Assembly (NCBI RefSeq): GCF_004346685.1
Contig: NZ_SMCO01000002.1
Location: 120,940 to 184,939, forward strand
Length of the DNA: 64,000 nt
Direction: 5' to 3'
From: Sulfurirhabdus autotrophica
Lineage (GTDB): Bacteria; Pseudomonadota; Gammaproteobacteria; Burkholderiales; SMCO01
Each line of letters begins with the position of its first letter. The stretch's first letter is position 1. Both the position numbers and the translations under genes were made by a program. A model generated the notes under the pieces. It saw nothing but the letters and a program-made list of their open reading frames with translations, did not search any database and had not been told where the DNA came from. This document shows positions 7,560-18,029 of this stretch, piece by piece.

Positions 7560-9917
7560 TCAACCTCTGGCACCACCGGAGTAAGTTATGGCCGATCCTT
7601 TCGAATCATTACCACTACTTCCGGTAATTCGGCTTACCGGTAACTCTGGACGCTCACGATCTTTCAACTGTGAAGCACCGATTACCGCACCACGCTGCTC
7701 ACCCCTCATTGTGGGGTTACGGCGCGTTGAATTTCCTTCCGTGCCAGTTACACTTTCATTACGTCGCCATGCTGCACCCGTTATCGCAAAACCGCCTTCA
7801 CGACCATCACCTGTCAGTCGGCTACGTGCTTCCTCAACCAACTGAACCTGAGCCATGACTACGGGTGCCGTACTTTCCTGATGGCGGAACTCAGGGGTAC
7901 CAGACACCAGACCCGTTGCCAGATTAACCGGGCCAGTGATACGTCCGATTGCACCGTAAGCAGTGCCTGTGATGTTGCTGATGCTACTATCCTGGGCACT
8001 GCGAGCCGGGGTAGCGATGCTAAAATTTCCTTGCACTCTTTGTTCCTGCGGTGCAGGTGCTGCTTCGCGCGGTACATTTACCGGACGCTGTGTGAGCGGG
8101 TGCGGATTACTGTTTGCACCACGCTGAGACACACGCTGATTGGACCCGGAATAAGGAGTGCCGCTCAAAACCTGGCTTTCGCCACGCCCTGCACCTGTTA
8201 CCTTCCCACCTGATTCAACCCGGGCACCACTCAGAGACAAACTTGCCTGAGCCCCACGACTAGCCATCAAAGCCCGTGAAGCGGCCTGACGATCTGCATC
8301 GCAAAAAGAGGTATATTGATCAGGCCCGATATACTCTGTTCCAGAAATCGGCTGACAACCACCATACTCATCGCCTGTTACCTTACTGCTATGCTCAACT
8401 GGTGTACCGGATACCTGCTGCTCATGCCAGGTGCGCATTACACCAATTTTTTCCGGTGCTGGTGCCGGTTCGCGATTGCAAGCCTGATATTGAGCAAGGC
8501 CATCAGATTCAGTACCGGTCACACTTGCACAAGCACCACGATCACCACCTGTAACCATGCTGCCAGGAGCAACGTCTGTTCCGCTGATTTCGCGATTTTT
8601 AACCGTGCTCATCAAACTAACCTTGTGCGGCGCGCTGCTGCCATTACGACATGCACTGGTGTTCTGGTCCTGAGCGTATTGACTACCGGTAAGCTTACAG
8701 TTGCAGCTACCAGACTCGTCACCCGTTACTTTTGAGCTGCGGCCCACTTCTGTACCGCTCACGTTTAAACCAGCTCGGGTATTGGCTATACCCACTTTTG
8801 ATGGTGTCAGCGCTGGTTTGGTGCCACAGAACGATTCAAACTTGTCAGCACTCAGATACTCAGTACCGGTTACGTTTTTGCATGCACCAAATTCGCTACC
8901 TGTCATCTTTTCGCTACGATCGGTATCAATACCGCTGATGCGCTGGCCTCGGCTGGTATTGCTGATACTTACCTTAGCTGGTGCAGCCTCAGGTGTCGCA
9001 TCACACAACTGCCCATATTGCTCAGCACCAATATATTCAGTACCGGTAATCGCACGACAGCTGCCAGATTCAACACCGGTCACCTTGCTGATGCGCTCAA
9101 CCTGAGTACCGCTCACTGTGGTACCACTCAAAGTAGTACCAATTTCAACTTTGACAGGTGAAACCTGGGTACGTACACGCCCCGTAGGTCGGCAAGCAGG
9201 ATCATTGCCACGACCGTTCTCGCACATTTCTGCGCGGCGTGCTCGTGCAGCATCCCGGCCACTTAAACCCGCAGTTGCCCTTTGGTTTAATTTTCCGGAT
9301 TTAACTGCTTTCTTTCCCTGACTGGATAGTGCGCGGCGGCGCTCCTGACATAATTTGCGTACGGCAGAGGCAACCGAACCAACAACAGCCGTAGGCTCAT
9401 CATCTACAATCGCACATACTTCCTCTATTGCCTGCTCACGCTCAGCCTCTTCCGCCCTGTCTTTGCTTTTGCAACCACACCCTGACTTTTGATCATCCGA
9501 TCCAGCATTCGCGGTTAAAGATGCGGATGCTGACATGGTTGTCGCAGGTGCAGATGTACGAATACTTGATGCCGTTTTAGCTGAACCCAGCGCCGCTTTC
9601 CCACCCAGTGACATGGCTTCACGTCTCGCTCTGGATAATGACTTGCCAGAAGCATTCATCACTGAACCTGAGGTGGCAGCAGATGTTGTTGCAGACAATG
9701 AAGCTGCTGGCGCTGTCTGTGCCGGACGTGCAGTCTCAACGGTTGAAGTTATCGGTGCTGCTGTTGACATTGCTGGCCTGGTTGCTGGACGTGCAGGTGC
9801 GGATGGTTTTGCACCAATCGCGGTGCGTCCGTTCTGGGACAGCGCACGGCGCCTTTCCAGTGCAACAGCGCGTGACGAACGCGGAGTCGTTGTATTGTTT
9901 GCCATTGGATCGCTCAT
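7560..9917 (-). CDS. csoS2: Carboxysome scaffold protein CsoS2.
   Basis: 785 aa, intrinsically repetitive. N-terminal RRRALS-type repeats are followed by many VSGT/ISGT...KVTG(D/V)E(S/Y)G(S/G)C repeats with paired cysteines. A GGAGGA ribosome-binding site precedes the ATG. Confidence 0.85.
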   Translation of the reverse strand: MSDPMANNTTTPRSSRAVALERRRALSQNGRTAIGAKPSAPARPATRPAMSTAAPITSTVETARPAQTAPAASLSATTSAATSGSVMNASGKSLSRARREAMSLGGKAALGSAKTASSIRTSAPATTMSASASLTANAGSDDQKSGCGCKSKDRAEEAEREQAIEEVCAIVDDEPTAVVGSVASAVRKLCQERRRALSSQGKKAVKSGKLNQRATAGLSGRDAARARRAEMCENGRGNDPACRPTGRVRTQVSPVKVEIGTTLSGTTVSGTQVERISKVTGVESGSCRAITGTEYIGAEQYGQLCDATPEAAPAKVSISNTSRGQRISGIDTDRSEKMTGSEFGACKNVTGTEYLSADKFESFCGTKPALTPSKVGIANTRAGLNVSGTEVGRSSKVTGDESGSCNCKLTGSQYAQDQNTSACRNGSSAPHKVSLMSTVKNREISGTDVAPGSMVTGGDRGACASVTGTESDGLAQYQACNREPAPAPEKIGVMRTWHEQQVSGTPVEHSSKVTGDEYGGCQPISGTEYIGPDQYTSFCDADRQAASRALMASRGAQASLSLSGARVESGGKVTGAGRGESQVLSGTPYSGSNQRVSQRGANSNPHPLTQRPVNVPREAAPAPQEQRVQGNFSIATPARSAQDSSISNITGTAYGAIGRITGPVNLATGLVSGTPEFRHQESTAPVVMAQVQLVEEARSRLTGDGREGGFAITGAAWRRNESVTGTEGNSTRRNPTMRGEQRGAVIGASQLKDRERPELPVSRITGSSGNDSKGSAITYSGGARG

Positions 9918-10109
9918 GCTCTCATCCTCCCGTATTCACTCAATCCTTGCACTGGCCGAACTAGCGGGCGGCGCAAGAAGCATATATGGATAAATCCTGT
10001 TTCTTTCGGTGCTTGACTACAACTTGCCTCACCCCAAACCAAGGTACTATCACGGTATTCTTTAACCGCTATACCCCTTGATTTGGTTGCGAATGCAATT
10101 TAAAGCTAA

Positions 10110-10442
10110 TTACTTTCCACGGAACACAACAAATGATGTGCCCTGGCTTTGCGAGTAATTGTCATATCCGATCAATCGCACATGGTTACCAGGGTGCGCA
10201 CGGTGACAGGCTTCCAGCTCGGCTATAATCACATCAACTGACTGCTCGCCGAACATTGGCAACTTCCACATATACCAGTAGTAAGCACTAGCCCGTGCAG
10301 GTTCAACGTGCTCTATCCCCGGATTCCATCCCTGACTTACCAGATAAGCAATCTGACGACGGATTTTTTCCGGGGTCATTGGAGGCAAATACGAAAATGT
10401 TTCGTATTTAGGTGTGGATTTGAAATCTTGAATATCAGCCAT
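10110..10442 (-). CDS. cbbS: Rubisco small subunit.
   Basis: 110 aa ([48 protein letters not shown]...), immediately downstream of cbbL. Confidence 0.95.
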   Translation of the reverse strand: MADIQDFKSTPKYETFSYLPPMTPEKIRRQIAYLVSQGWNPGIEHVEPARASAYYWYMWKLPMFGEQSVDVIIAELEACHRAHPGNHVRLIGYDNYSQSQGTSFVVFRGK

Positions 10443-10531
10443 TTCTTTTTCCTTTCATTTTTGGGCGGCGGTGCTCTTCAACCCCTGTCCCGCACCTGTT
10501 TTCGTTTTAGCCTTTTGATTTATCGCTTAAA

Positions 10532-11953
10532 TTAGCGGTTAACCACGTCCAGCTTGTCCACGGTATCGAACTCGAACTTGATCTCTTTCCATGTTTCCAT
10601 AGCGATCTTCAATTCCGGGCTATCCTTGGCTGCATTGGTAAGAATCTCTTTACCTTCACGTTCCAGTTCACGACCTTCGTTACGCGCTTCAACACATGCT
10701 TCCAGCGCAACACGGTTAGCAGCCGCACCTGCAGCGTTACCCCATGGGTGACCTAAAGTACCGCCACCGAATTGCAACACTGAATCATCACCAAAGATGT
10801 TTACCAGTGCCGGCATGTGCCATACGTGAATACCACCAGAAGCGACCGGGAATACACCTGGCATGGAACCCCAATCCTGGTCAAACATAATGCCGCGTGA
10901 ACGGTCTTCAGGAATAAATGACTCGCGCATCAAATCAATCCAGCCCAGCGTTGCTTCACGGTCACCTTCCAATTTACCAACAACGGTACCTGAGTGCAGG
11001 TGATCACCACCGGACAGACGCAGAATCTTGGTCAAGACGCGGAAGTGAATACCGTGGTGCGGGTTACGATCCAGCACGGCATGCATAGCGCGGTGAATGT
11101 GCAACAACATACCGTTCTTGCGACACCAGTTCGCCAGACTGGTATTAGCGGTAAAGCCACCCGTAATGTAATCGTGCATGATAATTGGAGCGCCGATTTC
11201 CTTGGCAAATTCAGCACGTTCAATCATGTCTTCATAAGTTGGCGCCGTTACGTTCAGGTAGTGACCTTTACGCTCGCCAGTTTCTGCCTGAGCAGTCAAC
11301 GTTGCATCCTGCACGAACAGGAAGCGATCACGCCAGCGCATGAATGGCTGACTGTTGATGTTCTCGTCGTCCTTGGTGAAATCCAGACCACCACGCAAAC
11401 ATTCGTATACAGCACGACCGTAGTTTTTAGCAGACAAACCGAGTTTTGGCTTGATGGTACAACCCAACATCGGACGGCCATACTTGTTCATCTTGTCGCG
11501 TTCAACCTGAATACCGTGAGGAGGACCACCGCAGGTCTTCACGTAGTGCAGAGGGAAGCGCACGTCTTCAAGACGCAATGCACGAATTGCTTTAAATCCA
11601 AACACGTTACCCACCAGAGAGGTAAACACGTTAACCACAGAACCTTCTTCAAAAAGGTCGATCGGATAAGCAACAAAGGCATAGAAGCAAGTATCATCGC
11701 CTGGCACGTCTTCAATGCGATAAGCGCGTCCTTTGTAGTAATCCATGTCTGTCAAAAGATCGGTCCAAACTGTGGTCCAGGTACCGGTTGAAGACTCGGC
11801 AGCAACTGCAGCAGCAGCTTCTTCACGGTCTACGCCAGCTTGCGGGGTGATCTTAAAGCAGGCCAGGATGTCCGAATCCAATGGTGCGTACTCTGGCATC
11901 CAGTAGGTCTGTCGATATTCCTTAACACCTGCCTCATACTTTTTTGCGGCCAT
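10532..11953 (-). CDS. cbbL: Rubisco large subunit, form IA.
   Basis: 473 aa with the hallmark [24 protein letters not shown] motif, the active-site lysine region and a C-terminal WKEIKFEF tail. Confidence 0.97.
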   Translation of the reverse strand: MAAKKYEAGVKEYRQTYWMPEYAPLDSDILACFKITPQAGVDREEAAAAVAAESSTGTWTTVWTDLLTDMDYYKGRAYRIEDVPGDDTCFYAFVAYPIDLFEEGSVVNVFTSLVGNVFGFKAIRALRLEDVRFPLHYVKTCGGPPHGIQVERDKMNKYGRPMLGCTIKPKLGLSAKNYGRAVYECLRGGLDFTKDDENINSQPFMRWRDRFLFVQDATLTAQAETGERKGHYLNVTAPTYEDMIERAEFAKEIGAPIIMHDYITGGFTANTSLANWCRKNGMLLHIHRAMHAVLDRNPHHGIHFRVLTKILRLSGGDHLHSGTVVGKLEGDREATLGWIDLMRESFIPEDRSRGIMFDQDWGSMPGVFPVASGGIHVWHMPALVNIFGDDSVLQFGGGTLGHPWGNAAGAAANRVALEACVEARNEGRELEREGKEILTNAAKDSPELKIAMETWKEIKFEFDTVDKLDVVNR

Positions 11954-11986
11954 GTTTGCTCTCCTAAGTGCTATAGTTGAAAAATT

Positions 11987-12209
11987 CTGTTGGAACCGTC
12001 ATTAAGGTTCCGACGGTTGAGCCCATTCTGGAAGAGATGGTTATTTAATAAAAGTTAAATATATTTACTATTACGTTTTACTTTTATTTATTAACTTCAT
12101 CCTTCCACAATCCAACCCTGTACCAACTGTTGGAACCGTCATCTAGTTCCGACGGTTGAGCTTATTGTGAGAGCTCACATTAATTAATAAAAGTTAAATA
12201 TATTTACCG
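11987..12209. promoter_or_regulatory. Two copies (11987-12069 and 12127-12209, period 140 bp) of an approximately 83-bp element in the cbbR-cbbL divergent promoter region. Each copy carries the dyad AACCGTC-N11-GACGGTT (LysR T-N11-A type).
   Basis: Seen directly. Both copies share ctgttggaaccgtcat...gttccgacggttgag...ttaataaaagttaaatatatttac. Copy 2 also contains the perfect inverted repeat TGTGAG-AG-CTCACA. Confidence 0.7.
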
Positions 12210-12238
12210 TAATCATTTATTTTAATTTAATATAAGTT

Positions 12239-13213
12239 ATGCCTATACACCACGCAACGCTGCACCAACTGAAGATTTTCGATGCTGTCGCCAGGCACAT
12301 GAGCTTTGCTCGTGCCGCAGAAGAACTGCACCTGACACCACCAGCACTATCGATTCAGGTCAAGCAATTGGCGGAGGCTATCGGGCAACCACTGTTCGAA
12401 CAGATTGGCAAAAAAATATCGCTCACCGCCGCGGGTCAAGTTTCATGGTCTACCTGCCGGGATGTACTGAGTCGTCTGGATCAACTTGCCCAGGAATTGG
12501 CCTCTCTTCAGGGTCTGGAGAAGGGCAACCTGAAACTGGCTACTCTTGCTACCGCCAAATACTTTATCCCACGGTTGTTAGGGGAGTTCTGTATAAAACA
12601 CCCCGGTGTTGACACTGCCTTGTTTATGGGCAATCGTGAAGCACTACTGGAAAGGCTCGCGCGCAATCAGGACGACCTCTACATTCTGGGCCAACCTCCG
12701 GAACATATGAATGTTATTACGGAACCTTTTGCTGATAATTTTCTGGTCGTAGTTGCCGCCCCAAACCACCCATTAGCGAATGAAAAAAAAATTGATCCAT
12801 CTCGTTTACGAGAAGAGCCATTTATCCTTCGGGAACCAGGATCAGGCACACGCCTTTCTACCGAAAAGTTTTTTGAGCAACATGGCGTGACACTTAAAGT
12901 GCGCATGGAATTAGGAAGCAACGAAGCGGTGAAACAAGTAGCTGCAGGTGGTTTGGGCATAGCGGTACTATCTTCAAGCGCTTTACGCTCCGAGCTTGCA
13001 AATGAGGAGCTTGTGATACTGGACGTCAAGGGTTTCCCGCTGGAACGCAAATGGTATGTGGTTTACCCGATGGGAAAACATCTGACCCCTGCCTCCAGGG
13101 AATTCATGGCATATCTATTTGCTGCTCCACCCACACACCAACTTGACCATAACCAGCTTCATGCAATTTCTGCCAAGCCTGAACACAAGAAAAAACGGCC
13201 GACACCCAAGTGA
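12239..13213 (+). CDS. cbbR: LysR-type transcriptional regulator CbbR.
   Basis: N-terminal LysR helix-turn-helix (LHQLKIFDAVARHMSFARAAEELHLTPPALSIQVKQLAE). Divergent from cbbL. Confidence 0.85.
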   Translation: MPIHHATLHQLKIFDAVARHMSFARAAEELHLTPPALSIQVKQLAEAIGQPLFEQIGKKISLTAAGQVSWSTCRDVLSRLDQLAQELASLQGLEKGNLKLATLATAKYFIPRLLGEFCIKHPGVDTALFMGNREALLERLARNQDDLYILGQPPEHMNVITEPFADNFLVVVAAPNHPLANEKKIDPSRLREEPFILREPGSGTRLSTEKFFEQHGVTLKVRMELGSNEAVKQVAAGGLGIAVLSSSALRSELANEELVILDVKGFPLERKWYVVYPMGKHLTPASREFMAYLFAAPPTHQLDHNQLHAISAKPEHKKKRPTPK

Positions 13214-13452
13214 AGATATATTTAGCATGCAAGATTACTAATCCATCCATTAAGCCTTGCCAGCTAAAGCGTATGTCTTTTGGAATGCTTTACGATTTGA
13301 GGGTAATTCAATCCGGCCATATAGCCAGATTGAAACCAGCTTGATGCGCATTTATTCAATGCGAAATATTGATTCTGCGTGCCCGGTAATTCAGTCAGGC
13401 ACGCCAGAAAATTGAAACCACAATTCATCTTTGACAAGTACTAACTCATCCA

Positions 13453-13788
13453 TCAGGGCATTGCTCTTAAAACAGCAGCCTTAACTTGTCCCAAGTGAAC
13501 CTGTGCCCTCGTTACCTCGGCACGTTTTTTCCCTTTATAAACGATCGTTGCCCTTGTCCAGGCAAGCTTTTTTAATTCGATCGCCAATTCTTCAATTTCA
13601 TACAAATGCAATTGATTCAGGTATCGTGCCACAGCCGCCATATCATCCGATGTGCATAACCATTCACCATACGTATCCAGGCGCTTCGCGATATCCCATG
13701 CATACACAGCAAAAGATTCTAAAGCTTGTTCGTGATTCTGAATCGTTGTTTTCTGTTCCATAATATTTCCTTTGATAACAGTATTCAT
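13453..13788 (-). CDS. Hypothetical protein, 111 aa.
   Basis: ORF only. Tandem with the next small ORF. No recognisable motif. Confidence 0.35.
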   Translation of the reverse strand: MNTVIKGNIMEQKTTIQNHEQALESFAVYAWDIAKRLDTYGEWLCTSDDMAAVARYLNQLHLYEIEELAIELKKLAWTRATIVYKGKKRAEVTRAQVHLGQVKAAVLRAMP

Positions 13789-13831
13789 TCAATCAAAATT
13801 CATCGTTAAATTTGCTATGCGTTGTAGCAAG

Positions 13832-14149
13832 TTACAGCAGTGCTGCGCAGGACAACTTTTGCTGAAAACTTGCCAGACGTTTCGCATAATTCCAACCTTC
13901 TTCGTTATGATCATTGATCACAACAGGTACAAATCCTTCGGGTGTCTGAATCAGCTTCATCACGATAGGCCCTTTTCTTTCTGTATTTTCAGGCTGCGCG
14001 TCCGATTTATTTTCCTTCAATAAGGCAGCTTGTTCACGCATGTCGGACTGGTCAATTAATGAAGCTGATTTACGCGGTGTCAGTATGGATATGTCCGCAA
14101 CGTGCTGTTCATGTTCATTCAACTCAGTATGTGTTTGATTCCAATTCAT
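13832..14149 (-). CDS. Hypothetical protein, 105 aa.
   Basis: ORF only. Confidence 0.35.
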   Translation of the reverse strand: MNWNQTHTELNEHEQHVADISILTPRKSASLIDQSDMREQAALLKENKSDAQPENTERKGPIVMKLIQTPEGFVPVVINDHNEEGWNYAKRLASFQQKLSCAALL

Positions 14150-14408
14150 AGTGCTCTCCGTTCAATTAAGTTATGTTTATTTCGAGGCTGGAATTCAAGC
14201 CTCAACGGAGTAAAAGCAAGGTCCATGCCATAACAATTTATTGCATATAAAACAATGCACTAAAAATAGAATTAATCTGAAAAAGAAAAAGGGGGATAAA
14301 AAAAACAAGATATCGTCGCTATTTAGCGACAACGAACTGCATGCCAAATACTTACCAGTTGAAACTTATGGGTTTTTAGGTATTTTAATAAGCGACAGAA
14401 ATAAAACC

Positions 14409-15770
14409 TTAATAATCCCGATCAGACTTAAACAGTCCAGGATCAAGGTCATATCTGTGCAACAGCCTGTAGAACTCAGTACGGTTTCGCTTCGCCATCA
14501 GTGCAGCCTGGCTCACGTTCCCGTCTGTGACTTTCAGCAACTTGGTCAAATATTCCCGCTCAAACTGTTTCCTTGCATCCAGCAGCGAAGGAATCTTACT
14601 AGGCTTATCTCTAAGCGCACGTTGCACTGATGCAGTAGAGATGATCGAAGTGGTACAAAGCGCAACGGTCTGCTCAACCACATTGAGCAACTGCCGCACA
14701 TTTCCTGGCCAGGAAGCGCCAATCAATATTTCCATGGCTTCAGGGGAATAACCTTTAATTTTCTTCCCGTAATTCTCAGCTGTACGAGCCAGAAAATGCG
14801 CAGCCAATAAAGGTATATCTTCACGGCGTTCTGCTAAAGAAGGAATTTCCAGAGACACCACATTCAACCTGTAATATAAATCTTCACGAAAATTCCCTGC
14901 AATCATTTCTTCTTCAAGTTCGCGATGGGTAGCAGAGATAATTCGCACCTCTACCGGGACTGATTGCGAAGAACCAACGGGTCTGACCTGTTTTTCCTGC
15001 AACACACGTAACAATTTCACCTGCAGCGCAATGGGCATATCCCCAATTTCATCCAGCAGAAGTGTGCCGTTGTTGGCAGAGCGAAACAACCCGTTGTAAT
15101 CTTGCGTTGCGCCGGTAAAAGAACCTTTAGTGTGACCAAACAATTCAGATTCAAGCAATGCCTCAGGAATGGCGCCGCAATTCACACCAACAAAGGGTTT
15201 GTGATGGCGCGAACTGGCAAGGTGTATTGCTTTTGCCAACAACTCTTTACCGGTTCCGCTATCGCCGTGTATAAATACGCTGGCATCTGTCGCTGCTACC
15301 AGCTTTGCCTGAGCAAGCATATCCTCCATAACGGGGCTGCGCGTAATCAGCTCTGACCGCCAATCGTTATTTTTTCCGCCGTTATCATCAACCCCATGAC
15401 CGCTAAGGTGTAATGCACGTTCTATTTGTCCAAGCAACACCTTACTATCAAACGGCTTCGTCAAAAAACTGAATACGCCTTGCTTCGTAGCGGCTACAGC
15501 ATCTGGAATAGAGCCATGTGCTGTCAAAATAATCACTGGCAATGTGGCATTATTTTTATGTATCGCCTCAAACAAGGCCATGCCATCCATCCCGCCCATG
15601 CGTAAATCTGTAATGACCAGTTGCGGACGAGCTACAGCCAGGTGTGAAAGCGCCTTTTCGCCGCTTTCTGCCGTTGTCACACCATATCCAGCAGCTTTAA
15701 GTCGAATGGAGAGTAACCGCAGCAAGTCCGTGTCATCATCCACCAGCAGAATTTCACTATAAGCATTCAT
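14409..15770 (-). CDS. Sigma-54-dependent two-component response regulator (NtrC family, QseF/GlrR-like).
   Basis: Receiver domain (LLVDDDTDLLRLL), sigma-54 AAA+ core (GDSGTGKELLAKAIH, GAFTGA-type region) and a C-terminal helix-turn-helix. Confidence 0.85.
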   Translation of the reverse strand: MNAYSEILLVDDDTDLLRLLSIRLKAAGYGVTTAESGEKALSHLAVARPQLVITDLRMGGMDGMALFEAIHKNNATLPVIILTAHGSIPDAVAATKQGVFSFLTKPFDSKVLLGQIERALHLSGHGVDDNGGKNNDWRSELITRSPVMEDMLAQAKLVAATDASVFIHGDSGTGKELLAKAIHLASSRHHKPFVGVNCGAIPEALLESELFGHTKGSFTGATQDYNGLFRSANNGTLLLDEIGDMPIALQVKLLRVLQEKQVRPVGSSQSVPVEVRIISATHRELEEEMIAGNFREDLYYRLNVVSLEIPSLAERREDIPLLAAHFLARTAENYGKKIKGYSPEAMEILIGASWPGNVRQLLNVVEQTVALCTTSIISTASVQRALRDKPSKIPSLLDARKQFEREYLTKLLKVTDGNVSQAALMAKRNRTEFYRLLHRYDLDPGLFKSDRDY

Positions 15771-16324
15771 TTTGAAGGTACCGTTTTAGATTCACGTTGG
15801 ATAATGCTCTTTTCTATATTCTTCAGAGCATCCAGCTTTTGTTGTAACTGATCAGCACGTTTCTGCTCATCCTTCATCGCCTGGTTCATTTTCTGGAATC
15901 GTTCTTCCTGCCGCTTCAGTTCGTAGGTTTGATTAGCTAGTAGTGCAGCCAGATTGGCTATACTGCTGTTATCTTTTTTATCTTCAAACACTTCAGCCAA
16001 TAACGAATTAGCACGCACATCATCTTTAAAATTGGTATTTGGTAAACACAGCAAAAAAGCCAGTTTGATCCGATTCACTGCAGTTTTCTGTTTTGCTAAT
16101 GCCTGAAGTACCGATGTATATTCACGATTCAGCTCATCGCCTTGAAGACCACGAACGCGGGAAATATACTGGAGTGTGTCTATTGTCTCGGCATCTTTCT
16201 TATTAACGAAATTAATCACAGCGCAGTTATTGCAGCTTGCAGGAAGGGGTTCAACTCCGGCACAACTAGTTAAGACCACGCTCGAAATAAAAAGCAGAAG
16301 CAAGTATAGGGTTCGATTATTCAT
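15767..16324 (-). CDS. Lipoprotein (QseG/YfhG-like), encoded between the kinase and the regulator.
   Basis: Signal peptide with lipobox LTSC and a coiled-coil-rich C-terminus. It overlaps both neighbours (ATGA-type coupling). Confidence 0.5.
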   Translation of the reverse strand: MNNRTLYLLLLFISSVVLTSCAGVEPLPASCNNCAVINFVNKKDAETIDTLQYISRVRGLQGDELNREYTSVLQALAKQKTAVNRIKLAFLLCLPNTNFKDDVRANSLLAEVFEDKKDNSSIANLAALLANQTYELKRQEERFQKMNQAMKDEQKRADQLQQKLDALKNIEKSIIQRESKTVPSK

Positions 16325-17812
16325 TCAGGTCTGCTCAGCCAGGTTTAAGGGTAATTTTAAGCAAAAATGTGCGCCACGATCAGGGTTTGCCACCACATCA
16401 ATGGATCCGTGATGAGCTATTGCGTACTCCTTGGCTATGGATAATCCCAGCCCAGTACCCATCACATGCCCTTCCTGGCGTTGCTCACCCTGAAAAAAAG
16501 CATCAAACACCTTGGTGTAATCACTAGGTGGAATACCAGGCCCCTGGTCAACCATATCCAGCACAACCTGATTTTTTTCCTGACTAAGCGTAACTTGTAT
16601 AGTACCGCCGCGTGGAGAATACTTGACCGCATTAGACAACAGATTATCTATCAGAATCATTAACTTTTCTTCATCTCCTGAATAAGTTAAAGAAAAGACC
16701 TGATTTTCTATTTTTAATTCTTTTGTCATGATCGCTAATTTCTGGTTCGCCTCAACTTTAAGTATGAGTTTATCCAGCTCAACCGATTCCAGATTCAAAG
16801 CAGAATCTCGCGACAAGGCAATGCTGAAACTGAGTAAGTCTTCAATTCTTTTCTGAAGCTGAACAGCACTCTGCTGCAATATGCCGACAATTTCAGATTG
16901 CTGCGGATTCAACCTGCCCACGACCTCATCAGCCAGTAATTCACTGCCTTCACGCACCGATGTCAGCGGCGTTTTAAGTTCATGGGAGATATGCCTTAAT
17001 AGTTTATTTTTTTGCGCTTCAACATTGACCAGTCGCACTCTCAGCCAATCCAGACGATGCCCTAATCGCTGGATATCTTCCGGACCTTTTACGGATACCG
17101 GCAAGGAAAATTCACCATCACCCAGGCGACGTATTGCGGCATCAATTTGCGCGATCGGGCGTGTAATCAAATAAGTAAATCCACCGCTCAGCAATAGCGC
17201 AAACGGAATGACAGCCAGGGCTTGCAACATCATGATGCTTTGCGCTTTCTCAGCCATGGTTTGTAAAACATCCACCTGCCGGTCAATCAATCGGCTACTG
17301 CCGGTTAATATCTGTTGAGCCATGTCAATCATTACGGGAAAAATCTGAGCTGACTTGCTGCTAAGCTCAGAATCATGGGGATTTACCCTTAAGGTTTCAA
17401 ATGTATTGTGCTCAGTATTGGACAATTCAGTGAGCAGATTGCGTTGGAGTTCATCCAGTTGCAAGGCAGATAATCGCTTGGCAGTATCTTCAAACTTTAA
17501 ATGCATCTTTTCATAGCCTTCAAAGAGCGATTTATCATCCAGCACCAGAAACTGGCGAGCATTACGTTCCATGGTGGTGATCTGCTCAAGCAACATTCGG
17601 CTAGCCTGAGTGGCAAGCACTGCCTGATAAACAGCCCTTTGACTATGATCGGCAAGTTTGCTTAAATAAATAGCAGCGCTCACATACGATGCTATTAATG
17701 GCAGAGAAACAAGCACAAAGCCGGTAACGATAAGCTTCAGGAAGGACTTCGGATAATATGAACGCATGAAAGAAACTGATTGCCGCTGTATTCCAGATTG
17801 AGAAATAACCAC
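16325..17812 (-). CDS. Sensor histidine kinase (QseE/GlrK-like).
   Basis: Two transmembrane segments, HAMP domain, H-box (HELKTPLTSV) and HATPase_c (GTGLGLSIAKE). Confidence 0.8.
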   Translation of the reverse strand: MVISQSGIQRQSVSFMRSYYPKSFLKLIVTGFVLVSLPLIASYVSAAIYLSKLADHSQRAVYQAVLATQASRMLLEQITTMERNARQFLVLDDKSLFEGYEKMHLKFEDTAKRLSALQLDELQRNLLTELSNTEHNTFETLRVNPHDSELSSKSAQIFPVMIDMAQQILTGSSRLIDRQVDVLQTMAEKAQSIMMLQALAVIPFALLLSGGFTYLITRPIAQIDAAIRRLGDGEFSLPVSVKGPEDIQRLGHRLDWLRVRLVNVEAQKNKLLRHISHELKTPLTSVREGSELLADEVVGRLNPQQSEIVGILQQSAVQLQKRIEDLLSFSIALSRDSALNLESVELDKLILKVEANQKLAIMTKELKIENQVFSLTYSGDEEKLMILIDNLLSNAVKYSPRGGTIQVTLSQEKNQVVLDMVDQGPGIPPSDYTKVFDAFFQGEQRQEGHVMGTGLGLSIAKEYAIAHHGSIDVVANPDRGAHFCLKLPLNLAEQT

Positions 17813-18029
17813 CTGCTACACTAAGCAAATCAGTATAGACAATCTGAGAAAAATATTTGATGCTTGTAGCGTTACTAAACAAAATGTAATGTTAATCGGT
17901 GTTTATGACGATTTAAATACACAGGTATTTTGCCAATTTATCATTGAAAAAGCAGCGGTACTAATTGTGCTTTTTCGATTAAACTAGTGACGTATTATTT
18001 ATGCCCTCCAAGCCATTCGAGATTACGCC

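Noticed and set aside
9535-9993. 152-aa plus-strand ORF.
   Set aside because: It is antisense to csoS2, within its repetitive Ala/Ser-rich 5' end. It is compositional noise.
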